A stretch of 64,000 nucleotides of DNA. Origin: a virus. Lineage: Duplodnaviria; Caudoviricetes. Location of the stretch: positions 32,001 through 96,000 of the IMG/VR virus record IMGVR_UViG_3300035498_000371, one strand, 5' to 3'. The notes under the pieces were generated by a model. That model was not told the DNA's origin, searched no databases, and worked only from the letters and a program-made list of their open reading frames with translations. A program made the position numbers and the translations under genes. Below, in pieces: positions 10,507-20,742 of this stretch (position 1 is its first letter; every line of letters starts with the position of its first letter).

Positions 10507-11145
10507 TTGGAATTAAGTATAAGCGATTTAGTTTATATAAATGATGCGGCGAAGTCCCTGAAATACAGTGACTTCGTCTTTATAAATAATCTACTGGTTG
10601 GTATAGATAATATAAATACGTATACAAGCAAGGTTATTCTTGATGTAAATAAGCTATCTAACGTATCATTGATTGGATTGAGTTTTAATCAGAGAGAACT
10701 ATCTAAATTTGTGAAATCTCTATCAGTAGAGTCATCATTCTATATAGATGAAAATCAACCAATAAATAAAATATATAGCACTGCAGGTGCAGTAGAGTTA
10801 AATATTCATATTGATTCAGTGATGAATAATCTTGTAGCAGCAAAGATTAATCAGAGTTTAGATATAGATAATCTTATGATTAATTCAGAAGATGTGACTG
10901 CTGATATGGAAAAGTTATTTAGCATGAGAAAGGGAGACGGAGCATTCTATTATGTGAGCCATGATAACCATTATATGACTTTATTTAATGGATTGCTCCC
11001 ATTGAATAAATCTGACAAAATATTCCTATCGATATATGACGCAGGGTATGGAACATTCACTGCAAGATTTATTGTAAAGAAATCAAAATTCACAATTATG
11101 GTTTATGTGTCTTATCTTTCAATACCAAAGAAAGGACCTCAATAA
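10507..11145 (+). CDS. Hypothetical protein directly downstream of polB-N
   Basis: Long ORF; TTG start after ggaggtg. Confidence 0.7.
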   Translation: MELSISDLVYINDAAKSLKYSDFVFINNLLVGIDNINTYTSKVILDVNKLSNVSLIGLSFNQRELSKFVKSLSVESSFYIDENQPINKIYSTAGAVELNIHIDSVMNNLVAAKINQSLDIDNLMINSEDVTADMEKLFSMRKGDGAFYYVSHDNHYMTLFNGLLPLNKSDKIFLSIYDAGYGTFTARFIVKKSKFTIMVYVSYLSIPKKGPQ

Positions 11146-11173
11146 TGAGGTCCTACTTTCGTTTTAAGCCTAA

Positions 11174-11185
11174 AACATGAGAATA
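11174..11185 (+). promoter_or_regulatory. Late-type promoter AACA-N6-TA
   Basis: AACAtgagaaTA upstream of portal. Confidence 0.65.
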
Positions 11186-11208
11186 AAACATAAAGGAGGT
11201 TGTAAAAG

Positions 11209-13641
11209 ATGGCTGATAATAAAAAAGACGATAAGCGCCCAATTAGATTTAATGTAATCAATAAGATGGCGAATAGAGTCCAGGATAATATTACTTCATT
11301 ATACAGGTCTGCATATTATTCGGATTCTACAAATCGTCAACAGTTGCAAGCATTAAAGACTGATATATCTTCTTCGATTAAGTCTATAATGGACACAAGC
11401 TCGGATAATATCGGAGAGCCAAATATATCAAGATTATACGAAAGGTTATTTCTAAAATCTCAGGACAATCCAGAAGTTACAAAAGAATTTGAAAGAATTT
11501 TTGGAGATAATGATTTTGTAAATAATCTTGCTAATTCATATCTTGATAATAGATGGGTAAGAGCAGTAGATTCTGAGATAGATGAAGTTCTTAAATATAT
11601 GCCTAAGCTTGAAGAGGCATTACAGACAATACGTGATAACGTGTTGTCGTCAGATAGTTTCTCTAAAGATTATCTTAATCTTGAATCTCATTTTGGTATT
11701 AGTAATGATGATACCAATCAGTTCTCAAGAAATGTAGAGGAATTAAAGAAGAAGTATGATCTTCTATCATTCATTAATGAGCTATATTATGATATCTCAA
11801 AGTATGGTGAGGTATTCGTATATTGTGTACCATATACCAAAGCTATACAGAAGCTTATGGATGATAAGAATACTAACTCTAAGATTGCTCTCAAAACAAA
11901 CTATACTGAAGGTGCAATCATTACCGAATCTGTAACAGGTTTAAGTAGTACTAAAATTCCTGAAGTTGGTTCTGCTAGATCATTGAATGATACATATGGC
12001 GGAGAAGTTAACGTCGATGTACAATTAGAAAGAGGTTTAATTTCTTCTATCGTGCAGAACGAAAAGTTTGCTAGAGATAAGAAGAAGCAGATTAAGATGA
12101 CTTCATTAACAGAACAGTATTTGCATGAGAATGGAGTTATAGATGACGATGGTAAAATATTAATGGAGGCTAAATCATTCAATATCAATGAGGCTCAGAC
12201 GATAGATATTAGAAATGATGGCAAGCCATATAATTATTCCAATACATTTGATCATGATCTTGAAATGGGGGAGAAACTTCCAGTTCATCATAATTTCGAT
12301 CATACTCTCGACGATAATTTACCACTCCCAAATGACAGTGATCCGTCATCTGAGGGACTCGTAGATTCACGTAAACGAAATAAAAGAATAAATGAGATGA
12401 ACGGGTGTATCATTAAAAAATTAAAGCGCGAGAGCGTCACTCCAATCGTCTTGAATGATATTTGCTTGGGTTATTATTACTTTGAATTTGATAATAATCA
12501 GGGAATCTTTGACGAAAGATATACAACTACTGGAATGGTTAATACCATTACGGGATTAATGAATAGCAACAGAGATGAGAATTTTGATATGCTGCAGAGA
12601 AGAGAAGAACTTCTCAGAACTATAGCCTCTCAGTTAGCAGATAAAATTGATACAGAATTTATTAATGATAATCAGGATCTTAAGAAAGAGATCTATTATA
12701 TTCTTAAGTATAATGATGATTTCAATAATGCTGCTGCAATGCATACAAATATCAGAGTTTCTTATATCCCTCCAGAGGATATCCATCATATGTACTTCAA
12801 GCTTGATGAGGATACTGGCAGAGGAATATCTGATCTTAAATTATCTCTTATCCCTGCAAAATTATGGGTTGCCATCTATATTACAAACTGCTTGGCTATA
12901 ATGACCAGAGGAAACGATAAGAGGGTTTATTATGTAAGACAGTCTGTAGAGACAAATATCTCAAAAACATTATTGAAGACTATCAATGAGATCAAGAAAT
13001 CTAACTTTGGTATTCGTCAGGTTGAGAATATTAACTCTGTACTTAACGTTACTGGAAGATTTAATGATTATATCATCCCTAGAGGAAGTGATGGTCAGTC
13101 TCCAATTGAATTTGAAGTTATGCAAGGCCAACAGGTTGAAATCAAAACAGAACTTCTTAATCTTTTGGAAGAATCGGCTATTAATCCTACAGGTGTTCCA
13201 ATAGAGATTATACAGAATCGTCAATCTCCAGATTATGCTATGCAGCTCACTATGAGTAATTCAAAGTTCTTAAGATTCGTATATGGAAGACAGTCTGATT
13301 TCGAGAATATAATTTCTCCATTCTTGACTAAAGTATATGATATTGAGTTTCTATGCAGTGACAGAGTTGAGGTTGTATTGCCTCCACCATTGTTCATTAA
13401 TGTGACAAATACTAACCAGCTCATTGTTAATACTAATGATTATTGCGAGAATGTAGCTAATATAGTAATGAGCGATGAGACTAACGATGCTGTTAAAGCT
13501 AAGTTTATCAAGAAGCTTAAGATATATCATCTTGGTTCTTATATTAAGATGGATGTTATTGAGAATCTTGCAAATCAGGCTAAACAGGAAGTAACCAAAG
13601 ATATGGTATCAAATCCAGAATCTATAGATACAGGTGAATAA
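11209..13641 (+). CDS. Portal protein
   Basis: KRVYYV, DYIIPRG, IEFEVMQGQ and TGVP in the order of T4 gp20-like portal motifs; adjacent to sheath and tube. Confidence 0.8.
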   Translation: MADNKKDDKRPIRFNVINKMANRVQDNITSLYRSAYYSDSTNRQQLQALKTDISSSIKSIMDTSSDNIGEPNISRLYERLFLKSQDNPEVTKEFERIFGDNDFVNNLANSYLDNRWVRAVDSEIDEVLKYMPKLEEALQTIRDNVLSSDSFSKDYLNLESHFGISNDDTNQFSRNVEELKKKYDLLSFINELYYDISKYGEVFVYCVPYTKAIQKLMDDKNTNSKIALKTNYTEGAIITESVTGLSSTKIPEVGSARSLNDTYGGEVNVDVQLERGLISSIVQNEKFARDKKKQIKMTSLTEQYLHENGVIDDDGKILMEAKSFNINEAQTIDIRNDGKPYNYSNTFDHDLEMGEKLPVHHNFDHTLDDNLPLPNDSDPSSEGLVDSRKRNKRINEMNGCIIKKLKRESVTPIVLNDICLGYYYFEFDNNQGIFDERYTTTGMVNTITGLMNSNRDENFDMLQRREELLRTIASQLADKIDTEFINDNQDLKKEIYYILKYNDDFNNAAAMHTNIRVSYIPPEDIHHMYFKLDEDTGRGISDLKLSLIPAKLWVAIYITNCLAIMTRGNDKRVYYVRQSVETNISKTLLKTINEIKKSNFGIRQVENINSVLNVTGRFNDYIIPRGSDGQSPIEFEVMQGQQVEIKTELLNLLEESAINPTGVPIEIIQNRQSPDYAMQLTMSNSKFLRFVYGRQSDFENIISPFLTKVYDIEFLCSDRVEVVLPPPLFINVTNTNQLIVNTNDYCENVANIVMSDETNDAVKAKFIKKLKIYHLGSYIKMDVIENLANQAKQEVTKDMVSNPESIDTGE

Positions 13642-13666
13642 AATAAAATATATATTACAAGAGATA

Positions 13667-13694
13667 TACCGAGTACCCATATGGGTACTCGGTA
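13667..13694. terminator. Palindromic terminator between convergent portal and tube genes
   Basis: taccgagtacccatatgggtactcggta is a perfect 28-nt palindrome. Confidence 0.75.
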
Positions 13695-13736
13695 ATCCTT
13701 AGGAGTATTCACAAATGTCATTTATGGGTTAACTTC

Positions 13737-14711
13737 TTATGATGGTACATAGAAGCTTGAAGCATCGTATGTTGTACCTGTACCCTGAGCTTCTTTTACA
13801 GAACTGTAATCATCTGCAGAAGCACCATAGCTTCCAAGAGTCTTACCAATAAGCTCACTTCCAGTGTAATCATAGTTGTTGCTGTTAATGATAATCTGAC
13901 GAGCTTTAGCATCAGAGCTAAGCAAGTACGTGATCATCTCAGAGGCAGCCTTATCGATCTTCGGAGAAGAGATTGGATAGCCACTGAATTTAACAGTTGT
14001 TTCACGCTTACCAATGTCGCCCTTTGTATAGTTATACATATCTGTATCTGCCGAGTTAAGCTGACAAGCAATAAGCAAGTAAGCAGCCTCAACCTTAAGC
14101 ATGGTATTATCAGTATTGATGAATAAGAAGGTAAATACCTCCTTCTCAAATCCTGGAGTATAACCCTGACCATGGATAAGTCCATGATATGTCTTAACCT
14201 GTGTACGGGGATCTTTAATACCTGTAAGATACAACTTAGCAAACTTGGTTAACGGAGATCCAGATTTCTCATCATAAGTAAGAGAGAATTCTGACGCGCT
14301 CTGCATATTTACCTTAGAGATAACGTTAATGTTATTCAAGTCATCACCAAGCTGAATTGTATCAGCGCTGATATCCTGTAAGCCGTCGAATGACTTAAAC
14401 TCATACTCAATAATATGGGCCCAGTTTACCATGAGTTTATAATACTCAGAATTGTATCTTGCAAGTTCCTGAATGAACTTAGGCATCTGGCAAATAATAA
14501 ATGCAGCATACCCAGTCTCATACGGGTTGAACTGTACGAGAGAGCCAAAATCAGGAACGCCACGCATCAGACGATAACTACTTACGTCCTTGAAATCCTT
14601 CGTATTGGCAAACATATTGATTATTGTTTTATTTGGATCAGAGTTGCTAGCCTGAGATGCTAACGACGCTTTATTGGTCCAGTAATCAGTATTACTTCCT
14701 GCTACGATCAT
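13737..14711 (-). CDS. Probable tail tube protein
   Basis: Directly follows the sheath gene; size and beta-rich pattern fit. Confidence 0.6.
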   Translation of the reverse strand: MIVAGSNTDYWTNKASLASQASNSDPNKTIINMFANTKDFKDVSSYRLMRGVPDFGSLVQFNPYETGYAAFIICQMPKFIQELARYNSEYYKLMVNWAHIIEYEFKSFDGLQDISADTIQLGDDLNNINVISKVNMQSASEFSLTYDEKSGSPLTKFAKLYLTGIKDPRTQVKTYHGLIHGQGYTPGFEKEVFTFLFINTDNTMLKVEAAYLLIACQLNSADTDMYNYTKGDIGKRETTVKFSGYPISSPKIDKAASEMITYLLSSDAKARQIIINSNNYDYTGSELIGKTLGSYGASADDYSSVKEAQGTGTTYDASSFYVPS

Positions 14712-14728
14712 TCTTTTTGCCCTCCTTC

Positions 14729-16588
14729 CTAATTAATAGCAATGATCTTAAAGTATTCTTCTTGGAAGAATTCTCTAAACTTCACTACAAGTACTGCATA
14801 GAAGATCTTATTCAACTCGTACTTCTCATCTGCCATATACGTTACAGTGATACTGTTGTAATTAGCAGCATACTCGTTGATAATCTCCTTGATATTGTCA
14901 ATATATGTCTCCAGATCGTCACCGTCTGTAAACGTATATCTTGTCTTTGGGCATTCACTACGAAGTCTCTTGATGATTTCCTGCACGCCCATTACGTTGC
15001 TAAGATAGCTAAGCTGAGTATGCTCTTCGTTATTGGTATACATTGTATCCATTACAGGAAGCCCATCGTAGTAGTTCAGATAGTTGATATTGTTATCAAC
15101 TAACATCTGCTTCTGGTTGGTGCCCGGAATATCGTAAGGCAAGAAGTTGATAGTATCATCAATGATTCCATCGAATGTGAGATTATTTGCAATTCCTGCA
15201 AATGGTCTATGAACTCCAGCCTCAATATGACTAACCATTTTTACCGCCAATAAGTATGGCATTGTAACAGTGATTTCTCTCTTTGTATATGGATCATATA
15301 CATTGAAGAAGTTGTGATAGATTGAAATGTATCTTGAATAAGGAATATTCTTTACATAAGCAATCATGCTGTCGATATCGACGAACTCTGTTCCAAGATC
15401 GGCAAAATACATCATATCACCACGGAAATCTGCAACATTAAGAATCTGCTTCTTAACAGAAAGCGGATAAGCACAGTCGAATGTAGCATCGATCTTATAA
15501 GCATCCAAGTCATAGATAACTGGATCGAACAAGATAGAACTTGTATTTGCTCCCCATGTAGCTAAGAGCATCTTCTCGTATTCATCTGCATTCTTCATAG
15601 GGTCTGTACCCATAGTACCATAAGTACCATTAATGAGTCTAACACCTGTATCTGTAGAAAGATCAATGACTTTATCTGAAATATCAGAAGGAACGTTTGT
15701 AGACCAAAGATCTGATCCGTCTGATGTAGCATCAGAGATTGTTACGAGATTACCAATTTTAACCTTACCTCTGTTATTCATTCCATAAAGGAAATCATAA
15801 TTGATAAGATCATTGGCTGTAAGAGCATTTCCGCTTCCATCTGTTGCTACAGTAGCAAGAGTAGAAACGAATGTCTGAATTCCATCATCATACAGTTTTA
15901 CCTGTACCTGCTTAGAATTAGATTTTACTTTAGGATTTAATGCCTGAGAAACGCCATCCACGATTACATTTGGATTCATTGTAAATAAGATGCTCTCAAG
16001 CTCTGTTGTGCCTTCATATATCTCAAACGAGTAGTTTGTGTAAATAGATGAAGTTTTGTTTGTTGTGTACTCAGGATTGATTCTAATGAAGAGGTTGCTT
16101 ACTCCTCTTCCCATTGGTGCTACAGTAAATAATGGAATATCTACTGTACCATCTGCAGCCTCTGGCTCATCTGCGTTGAAATCTCCGTAGCCTTCAGCAC
16201 ATGCTTCTTTGAATGTCACAACATCTTCGGCCGAGTCTGCATAGATGTAGCTATATAAGATTCCATCTACCTTGACAAGCCTTACCTTAACAGTTATATT
16301 AGCAAGTGTAGCATCTTCAGATACCATACGCTTAGCCAATACAACTCCACCAGCTCTCAAAACTTCAGCAATGGTTAACATTGACTGTCCATGTCTTGCA
16401 AAACTGATAGGGCCCTTAACATCAGTGAAACCATCAAATCCACGGAGCAGTTCCCATTTTTCGGTACCTTTATCGGAAGTGTAAGTTTGCGCTATCACTG
16501 TCACATTACCTGAAACTACTGAGGAATCGATTTCCTGAATCTGAGACTGATCTACAATCTCAGCTTTGAACTTAGGATAACCCTTCAT
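14729..16588 (-). CDS. Tail sheath protein
   Basis: Sheath C-terminal pattern (PFAG, LVDNNINY, LSYLSNV, YTFTD, VKFREFFQEEYFKI); AACA-N6-TA at 16652..16663 (-). Confidence 0.8.
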   Translation of the reverse strand: MKGYPKFKAEIVDQSQIQEIDSSVVSGNVTVIAQTYTSDKGTEKWELLRGFDGFTDVKGPISFARHGQSMLTIAEVLRAGGVVLAKRMVSEDATLANITVKVRLVKVDGILYSYIYADSAEDVVTFKEACAEGYGDFNADEPEAADGTVDIPLFTVAPMGRGVSNLFIRINPEYTTNKTSSIYTNYSFEIYEGTTELESILFTMNPNVIVDGVSQALNPKVKSNSKQVQVKLYDDGIQTFVSTLATVATDGSGNALTANDLINYDFLYGMNNRGKVKIGNLVTISDATSDGSDLWSTNVPSDISDKVIDLSTDTGVRLINGTYGTMGTDPMKNADEYEKMLLATWGANTSSILFDPVIYDLDAYKIDATFDCAYPLSVKKQILNVADFRGDMMYFADLGTEFVDIDSMIAYVKNIPYSRYISIYHNFFNVYDPYTKREITVTMPYLLAVKMVSHIEAGVHRPFAGIANNLTFDGIIDDTINFLPYDIPGTNQKQMLVDNNINYLNYYDGLPVMDTMYTNNEEHTQLSYLSNVMGVQEIIKRLRSECPKTRYTFTDGDDLETYIDNIKEIINEYAANYNSITVTYMADEKYELNKIFYAVLVVKFREFFQEEYFKIIAIN

Positions 16589-16692
16589 TGGTTGTACCTC
16601 CTTTAACGTTATTTTTTAATTTATTTATAAATAAATTAAAGCAGTAAGCTTTATTCATATGTTTATTCTAAAGCCATGATCTTGGTAGTGAG

Positions 16693-17127
16693 CTATTTGA
16701 ACTCAAACCCGAAGATATCGTCAACTTCAGCCTTCATATAAGCCTCTAATTTAGCGGTCTCTTTCTCCAAAAATTTGCGTTCATTTTTAACCCACTTCAG
16801 GCATTCTTCCATTTGCTTAATAATCCTATCCCAATCTTCTTTTGTATAACCGCCAGATTCAATTCCAGTAAGGGTACCAAAAGGACCAAATAAGCCATAA
16901 TTAATGCCAGCTCTATTTGCTTGGGCAAGTGTTTTCTGCATATCATTTTTATACTCCTTATGAGGAGTTTTAGATTCTGCCTTGGCTCTTTCTATGCACT
17001 TCTCATATTCTTTCTGATAAGTATCTAAATACGTTAGTCTTCTTTTCCCGTGCTGCATTCTATAAGATTGCTTTAGATAATTCATTGTAGGAGCAGTCCT
17101 GTATATGTACGATGGTTCGTTAAGCAT
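16693..17127 (-). CDS. Hypothetical protein (144 aa)
   Basis: Co-oriented ORF in the minus-strand late cluster. Confidence 0.65.
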   Translation of the reverse strand: MLNEPSYIYRTAPTMNYLKQSYRMQHGKRRLTYLDTYQKEYEKCIERAKAESKTPHKEYKNDMQKTLAQANRAGINYGLFGPFGTLTGIESGGYTKEDWDRIIKQMEECLKWVKNERKFLEKETAKLEAYMKAEVDDIFGFEFK

Positions 17128-17129
17128 AA

Positions 17130-17873
17130 TTATTCACCTCCATATGCTTCTTCATTCAAATCAGCAGATTCCATCATTATCTTTTCCAATGGCGAGCTTG
17201 TATTTGACTTAACAGTCATAGCAGCAGCAATAGCCTCATCAGCATTTTCTGATGTTATAGCTGTATATGGAGAAGTGTATTTAGGAACCTGAAGAATTGA
17301 TATTGCTTTGTAATCTGTCATATTTTTCATTTCTGAGAATCTAAATGGCTTAGATAAATCAGCCTTAGATCTACACAACTCAGATATTAATAAACCAATA
17401 ATCTGAGGTGATATCTTATAACTAAATCCATTTAACTCTGCATTTTGTAAGATATATTCATGAAGTTCGTCGTAAGGTATAGTCTCTGGCAAATTAGCCC
17501 TCATAAGTAATGTAGTAAATTTCTCTACATTATCTATATCCTTAGGAACTCTTGTAGAACATATTAATTCATCACCATCTTTGAAATGTAAGAATCTATA
17601 TGCGGCTGGTTCTGAAGTGCCCTGTAAATGAAATTTTGGTTCTTTTGTAATGGACGATGGTTTGCATTGAATCATTGTAGGGCATTTAAATGGTTTTAAT
17701 GCAAGCTGTTTACCATTCTTATCATATAAGCCATATGAGAATACTCCCATAACATTTATTACCTCACCAATTGTTTCAGCAGCGCTAATATTAAAGTACT
17801 TCTCAGGAACGTAATAAATGGCTTCACCTTCACCAGTGAAAACAACCTTATCTCCGTCTTTCTTGTAGAACAT
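17130..17873 (-). CDS. RNA polymerase beta' extreme C-terminal subunit (probably of the virion RNAP)
   Basis: ISPQIIGLLISELCR and SPYTAITSENADEAIAAA...SPLEKIM resemble beta' INDKHIEVIVRQM and SFISAASFQETTRVLTEAA...LKENVI; lies in the late cluster. Confidence 0.6.
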   Translation of the reverse strand: MFYKKDGDKVVFTGEGEAIYYVPEKYFNISAAETIGEVINVMGVFSYGLYDKNGKQLALKPFKCPTMIQCKPSSITKEPKFHLQGTSEPAAYRFLHFKDGDELICSTRVPKDIDNVEKFTTLLMRANLPETIPYDELHEYILQNAELNGFSYKISPQIIGLLISELCRSKADLSKPFRFSEMKNMTDYKAISILQVPKYTSPYTAITSENADEAIAAAMTVKSNTSSPLEKIMMESADLNEEAYGGE

Positions 17874-17930
17874 AATTTAGACCTCCTTTCAAATAAGATA
17901 TTAATTAAAAGTTCAATACAACAAAAATCA

Positions 17931-17955
17931 CCCTCTACGGATTTACCGTAGAGGG
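17931..17955 (-). terminator. Intrinsic terminator
   Basis: ccctctacgg-attta-ccgtagaggg. Confidence 0.7.
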
Positions 17956-17962
17956 ATAATTT

Positions 17963-18706
17963 TTATAAATCTTCACTTGTTATTTGATCAGCATAGATGC
18001 TTGTATTACTAAGTTCTGTAAGTTTTAGATTAATCTCATCCATCTTCTCAGAAGCCTCAACACAACAATCACATCCGTTAGATTCAAGTTCATTAAGAAT
18101 CTCTTCAAGCCTCTCAAGGATTGAGTATTTCTTAACAGAATCATCCTCTGATGGCGCTACATAATCTTCATCATCTTCAAGACATTCGATTCCTCTGATG
18201 GTTGCTATATAGATCTTTCTCTTATCAGAAACACCTTTTGTAGAACAATCAACGCCGATGAATCCCTGAGTAGCAGAATCTGAATATTCCCCTACATATT
18301 TGGTACACTCTTCAGGAATACTAGAGCTTAAGAATCTAAGATAACCATCTGCTACTTTCATTCCTTGCTCTGTTACATAAGTAATGGCATAGCGCTTACC
18401 AATTTCAAGCGTATAGGATTGATCATATTCCTCACTGGTTCCGTATAGATAAACCTTAAGAGTCTTAACCATCATGGTCTCTACGTTGATTATATTTGGA
18501 ACGTTTCCTCTTATTATATTACCATCGCTATTTGTATCATCAGTTGTATATTCCGAACCATCATCGAATACCCTTTCAGCACTTAACCCTCTGAACCTGC
18601 CAGTTTTACAAGCATGATGCTTTGTATGATTGTAGTAAGGAACTTCCTGTTCGTAGAACGTATGTCCGTATTGATATGCGCCTCTTGATATAAAAGGTCC
18701 TTCCAT
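17963..18706 (-). CDS. Hypothetical protein (247 aa)
   Basis: Long ORF with RBS aggagg. Confidence 0.75.
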   Translation of the reverse strand: MEGPFISRGAYQYGHTFYEQEVPYYNHTKHHACKTGRFRGLSAERVFDDGSEYTTDDTNSDGNIIRGNVPNIINVETMMVKTLKVYLYGTSEEYDQSYTLEIGKRYAITYVTEQGMKVADGYLRFLSSSIPEECTKYVGEYSDSATQGFIGVDCSTKGVSDKRKIYIATIRGIECLEDDEDYVAPSEDDSVKKYSILERLEEILNELESNGCDCCVEASEKMDEINLKLTELSNTSIYADQITSEDL

Positions 18707-18722
18707 GGTAACATTACCTCCT

Positions 18723-19769
18723 TTATAAAAGATTATTTATCTTATCTAATGCTTTAGCAATGTTACCAAAAATTGTATTATACCTTTCTGACTCTGGATC
18801 TGAAGAGAATTTAAAATCGTAGATGTTATCAACGGTTCTATATACATAAGCCAGATTGCTAAGATTCTCTTCCCCTTCAAGCTGCAGATTTGTTGTCGTC
18901 TTAACGATAATTGAGACGAATTTCTCAATTACATCCATATCATATTCAGGTAGACGAGCTTTAATAATCTCAGGTAACTCTCCAATATCAGGAATTTTGA
19001 TTTCAGTAACATTTACTCTTTTGTTAAAGTAATAAACATCATTCCTTAATCTTTTTCCTCCATGATATTTGTTGAGCCTCTTAGTATTAAGAGTATCGAT
19101 ATAGTCTAACTGGCGCTGATAAGTCATGGATTCGGCAAAAGCATTCTTAATAGCAAGAATTCTATCTGCTCTTTCTGGATCTTCCTGACGAATCTTATCA
19201 ATATCATTGAAGATATCTTCGATTGCATCGCTATAAATAAGATCATATTCTTTATTCATGCCTTTAATGGTTTCATCCATTTCTGTAGTAAATTCATCCA
19301 CAGCCTTATTAAGCTTAGCGTCATTAATAAAGCTATTGATCAAGAATTCAGCAGCAGAATTCTTAGAGATTTTATGACCCATAGCATCAGGACTTGTTCT
19401 TAATCCATCTGCAATTTTCTGCATATCAGATGGCAATCTGTTATAAAGGAACGCATGGTCAACCTTACCAGCCTTATAATCATAAATAAGATTAAGAAGT
19501 TTAACTGCATCCTCATCACCAATATTGTAAGGAGCAAATGCTTCAAGATAATCAGCTTTTTCCTCATTAACCTGAGTATTATCTACTCCTGTAACACTAA
19601 CGTCTGTAATGTTGCTCATAGGTTCAACACCAGCATATTCTGTATTTTCTGTTTCTTCCTGCGCAGCCTTCAATCTTTCAGCGTCTTTGTTATCTTTTTC
19701 TAATTCGTTATACACCATCCCCACCTGTTCTGGTGTAATCTTCGTATCATTGTTTTCAGTAGCAGCCAT
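18723..19769 (-). CDS. Hypothetical protein (348 aa)
   Basis: Long ORF in operon. Confidence 0.8.
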   Translation of the reverse strand: MAATENNDTKITPEQVGMVYNELEKDNKDAERLKAAQEETENTEYAGVEPMSNITDVSVTGVDNTQVNEEKADYLEAFAPYNIGDEDAVKLLNLIYDYKAGKVDHAFLYNRLPSDMQKIADGLRTSPDAMGHKISKNSAAEFLINSFINDAKLNKAVDEFTTEMDETIKGMNKEYDLIYSDAIEDIFNDIDKIRQEDPERADRILAIKNAFAESMTYQRQLDYIDTLNTKRLNKYHGGKRLRNDVYYFNKRVNVTEIKIPDIGELPEIIKARLPEYDMDVIEKFVSIIVKTTTNLQLEGEENLSNLAYVYRTVDNIYDFKFSSDPESERYNTIFGNIAKALDKINNLL

Positions 19770-19771
19770 AA

Positions 19772-20731
19772 TTACTGTTCCTCCTTAATTGATTTCTTCT
19801 TTCTTACCAACTGGAATCCAAAGATATTATGAATCATCATTTCCTTAGTATCAGGATATGTACCATCAGCCATAGCTATCTTAGATTTTACATTATCTCC
19901 GATCATAAGCATTCCAGCAAATAATTCATCTCCAATAAGATTTTTATTATTAAGAAGCATCTTTCCATGGATTGACGCCCTATTTACGTTTACCATTATA
20001 TATCCTTCCTCAATATTATATTCGTAAACGAATCCTAAGATTTGATCCATAGGAATAGACCCAGATTCAAAATCAGGATTACCAACAATCATCGGACAAG
20101 ATTTATCTTTAAGCATCTTCTGCAATGTTTCAGCTTTATTATAAGCATCAAGAAGAGTCTTCTTAGTATAGAAGTATCCATTGGGAGATGTATAAACATC
20201 ATTCTCATCCCTAGTAATGAACATCGGTACCTTGATTTGTTCATAATCTTCTTCGCCTGCATACATGGCGCTCTCAACAAGAACTTCTTTTTTGATAAAT
20301 AAAGTAAATATCTGAATGCCCTTAATATCTAATCTCTTTACAGTTCCAACGTCTTCATAAGAACCAAAGAAACCGATATCTGCTATAGCATCTCCATCAG
20401 TTAATGCTTTACCATATTCTACAAGTAATCTATATGCAGGAATATTAGGATTAGTTTCTACCTCAATATAATTACCCTCTTTATCATATTTAAGCACTCT
20501 ACCAATTATAGGGCTATTCATTACAATATTAGCAAGTTCAGTATTTAAGTAAGGAACCATATCCTGAGATGCTATAAGAGGAATCTTCTCCTCTAATTTA
20601 GCATTATTAAGTAATTCTACAGCGCTATTGAATTGTTCTTCTTCAATAAAACTTCTTCCATTATCGAAAGTATGCTTACCAAATAAGAATTTCTTAGGCT
20701 CTACAGGAATTCTAATCTTTTTACTTTTCAT
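19772..20731 (-). CDS. Tandem prohead-protease-like domains, apparently inactive
   Basis: Two internal repeats; the second aligns by eye with the protease at 41479..42309 but has GNP in place of GHP. Confidence 0.55.
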   Translation of the reverse strand: MKSKKIRIPVEPKKFLFGKHTFDNGRSFIEEEQFNSAVELLNNAKLEEKIPLIASQDMVPYLNTELANIVMNSPIIGRVLKYDKEGNYIEVETNPNIPAYRLLVEYGKALTDGDAIADIGFFGSYEDVGTVKRLDIKGIQIFTLFIKKEVLVESAMYAGEEDYEQIKVPMFITRDENDVYTSPNGYFYTKKTLLDAYNKAETLQKMLKDKSCPMIVGNPDFESGSIPMDQILGFVYEYNIEEGYIMVNVNRASIHGKMLLNNKNLIGDELFAGMLMIGDNVKSKIAMADGTYPDTKEMMIHNIFGFQLVRKKKSIKEEQ

Positions 20732-20742
20732 ATTATTTCCCT

